Source: an uncultured Oscillospiraceae bacterium
GTDB taxonomy: Bacteria > Bacillota > Clostridia > Christensenellales > CAG-314
DNA: 51,229 nt
Reading direction: 5' to 3'
Assembly: GCA_964404625.1 (NCBI GenBank)
Contig: CAYOKR010000002.1
Span: forward strand, 1 to 51,229
Shown here: positions 49,499-51,229 of the stretch, piece by piece
How positions within the stretch are numbered: position 1 is the stretch's first letter
Layout: each line of letters opens with the position of its first letter
Made by a program: the position numbers and the translations under genes
The notes under the pieces: model-generated
Seen by the model: only the letters and a program-made list of their open reading frames with translations
What the model was told of the DNA's origin: nothing
Database searches by the model: none

Positions 49499-49661
49499 CT
49501 CATCACAATCGCAAACGTGGGAAACTAAACGTTACTGCACAATTTGTAATCTTAAACAACCAACAAATATCTAATATTTAGTAACTGCCTAAAAAGGCTT
49601 GATATTAAATGGTGGAGCAAAACTTTATTTACCACAGCATTTGCATATAACAAAAAAAATC

Positions 49662-49694
49662 AAAGGTGTATCTCAAAAAAAGATACACCTTTTT
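49662..49694 (+). terminator. Intrinsic terminator
   Basis: AAAGGTGTATCT-CAAAAAA-AGATACACCTTTTT. Confidence 0.8.
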
Positions 49695-50075
49695 GCATTG
49701 TATTTATGCTGAATTATACATTACCGTAGGCAGTGCGATTATTGTGCAATTGTTTGTACTATCAAAGACAACACTATTATTGCGCGATATTATTTACTCT
49801 ATCAAAAGCATCGCAATTAGTGTGTGAGATTACTTGTGCCAACAAATTCAAAACAATTAGTTTGTGATACTATTTGCCTTATCAAAGGTAATGCAAATTG
49901 ACTGCGACATTGTTTGACATCAACGTGGTTGTTGTGTGAAATCGCATTATCAAAGATAATGCAACCGGTATACAACAACGATTGCACAAAAAAGCACAAA
50001 CGTAGTGGCAAATTTGCTACACACGTTACTTAAACGCAATACGTTTTTCATCAAAACATAGTTGTTTATCACGTA

Positions 50076-51229
50076 TTAAATAACTGCAATTTTGCCGAAA
50101 ATGGCTTTGTGTGGTCCACGATAGTTGTTGTGGGTTACAATTTTATTCGAAAGGCGCAACGTTGCAAGCGCTTCGCTCAGTTTTCCGCTTATGGAAATTC
50201 CCGTTAAAGCAACCTTTTTAGTTCCGTCAAAATAGTAGGCAAGACGAACTTCGCCACCAATGTAGTCGTTGTAAATATCTACTTGCAAACCACTCATAGA
50301 TACGCACTCGAAGTACGGTTCTTTTGCAATATCTTTTTCGCTAACACTACCCGCATCAACTTGCATGCATGGTAAATTACCGGTGATTTTTTCACCAAGA
50401 TATTGACCAAAACGATTTCCACCGTGATAGTTTACGGCTACGCCGTTCTCAACGACAACGGTATCTACCAGCGTAACGCCGTCGGCATCGAACAGACTAT
50501 TTTTATGACTGCCTTCGATTTGTCCGCGCAAAGTGATTGTAAGTTTGTCGCAATCACCGTTTTGCAAATTGTCACCTTTGCTAAACGCATTAGAGTGAGA
50601 ATAAACGGATCCAAATGAAAGTTCACCAACGATATCTCCAAGCAGTGAAGCAATTTCCGGAGCATTTAAAACGACTTTGCAGTTAGGATTTACTTGCGGT
50701 TTTGTTGCATAGTAGCGATCCTTTACTTCTTGCATCTTTCCGGCAATTTCCGCCTTTACGTCGTCGTAACTGAAGGTGGAAAAGTTGTAGCACTCGTACA
50801 ATTCTACCGATTCGCCGTCCGTCCAAGTAGGGATAGCCTCTATCATGGCGGTATATTTTTGTTCGCACTTGTCCAAGCCGTTGCTGTTTACCACGTGGAA
50901 GCGAATTTTATTGATAAAAATTTCCAATGCATTTATCGAACCATTTTGCTCGTTAATAGCATCAAAACATGCTTTAGCAATTTGACAAGCCAATTCCTTA
51001 GGCTTGTATTCACTCATATTTGAGTAAATATCATCCACAAGTTGCTCCTTTGCAGGCAAAGTGTACGGTTGGTTATTTACAAGTTGAGCCTTTTCGATTG
51101 CCAAAGCAATTTTGTTTCGCAAATCTTGTTCCGTAGTGGACGAGTACACTGCAAACACACTATCGCCAAGTTTTCCGTCGTGTTCAACGTACACCGTTAC
51201 GGATTTTTCCGTTGTGGACGTTGCGCGGA
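50076..51229 (-). CDS. TldD/PmbA family protein (5' end outside the window)
   Basis: FDADGV..VVENGV, TGN, GGEVRLAYYFDG..TGISISG; the frame stays open to the window edge. Confidence 0.8.
   Translation of the reverse strand, partial: RATSTTEKSVTVYVEHDGKLGDSVFAVYSSTTEQDLRNKIALAIEKAQLVNNQPYTLPAKEQLVDDIYSNMSEYKPKELACQIAKACFDAINEQNGSINALEIFINKIRFHVVNSNGLDKCEQKYTAMIEAIPTWTDGESVELYECYNFSTFSYDDVKAEIAGKMQEVKDRYYATKPQVNPNCKVVLNAPEIASLLGDIVGELSFGSVYSHSNAFSKGDNLQNGDCDKLTITLRGQIEGSHKNSLFDADGVTLVDTVVVENGVAVNYHGGNRFGQYLGEKITGNLPCMQVDAGSVSEKDIAKEPYFECVSMSGLQVDIYNDYIGGEVRLAYYFDGTKKVALTGISISGKLSEALATLRLSNKIVTHNNYRGPHKAIFGKIAVI

Overview
51 kb of low-GC chromosomal DNA that looks like an endospore-forming gut Clostridia (Bacillota) genome; the lineage is inferred from gene content and promoter types and is not verified. 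Left to right: an oppABCDF-DUF3899 operon whose subunits carry large insertions; an M1 peptidase lipoprotein; thpR; an RsgI-domain lipoprotein; a 1052-aa SbcC/Rad50-like protein with all ATPase motifs degenerate, divergent from a four-domain DnaD/DnaB-type gene and a dnaC/dnaI-type loader; LysR, a cation:H+ antiporter and MgtC; an SDR; TfoX and VOC genes behind tRNA-Thr(GGT); HAD, DUF1858, PRC-barrel, M14 and PHP genes; leuS-cysK; alkD; tRNA-Pro(GGG) followed by a decayed islet (XRE pseudogene, TerB-like, ArsR-lactonase-nitroreductase); RluA; a PRTase; an acyl-CoA synthetase; an NCS2 permease; GH2-tadA; an AmaP-like gene; and a partial TldD/PmbA gene. I saw no CRISPR array, integrase, transposase or rRNA. 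Best leads: the dead SbcC-like gene sharing face-to-face promoters with the helicase-loader genes, a dispersed structured intergenic repeat, a ~530-nt structured oppA leader, a leader-peptide/terminator upstream of the purine permease, an orphan RsgI-type lipoprotein and three leaderless genes. All calls come from motif reading only; no searches were run.
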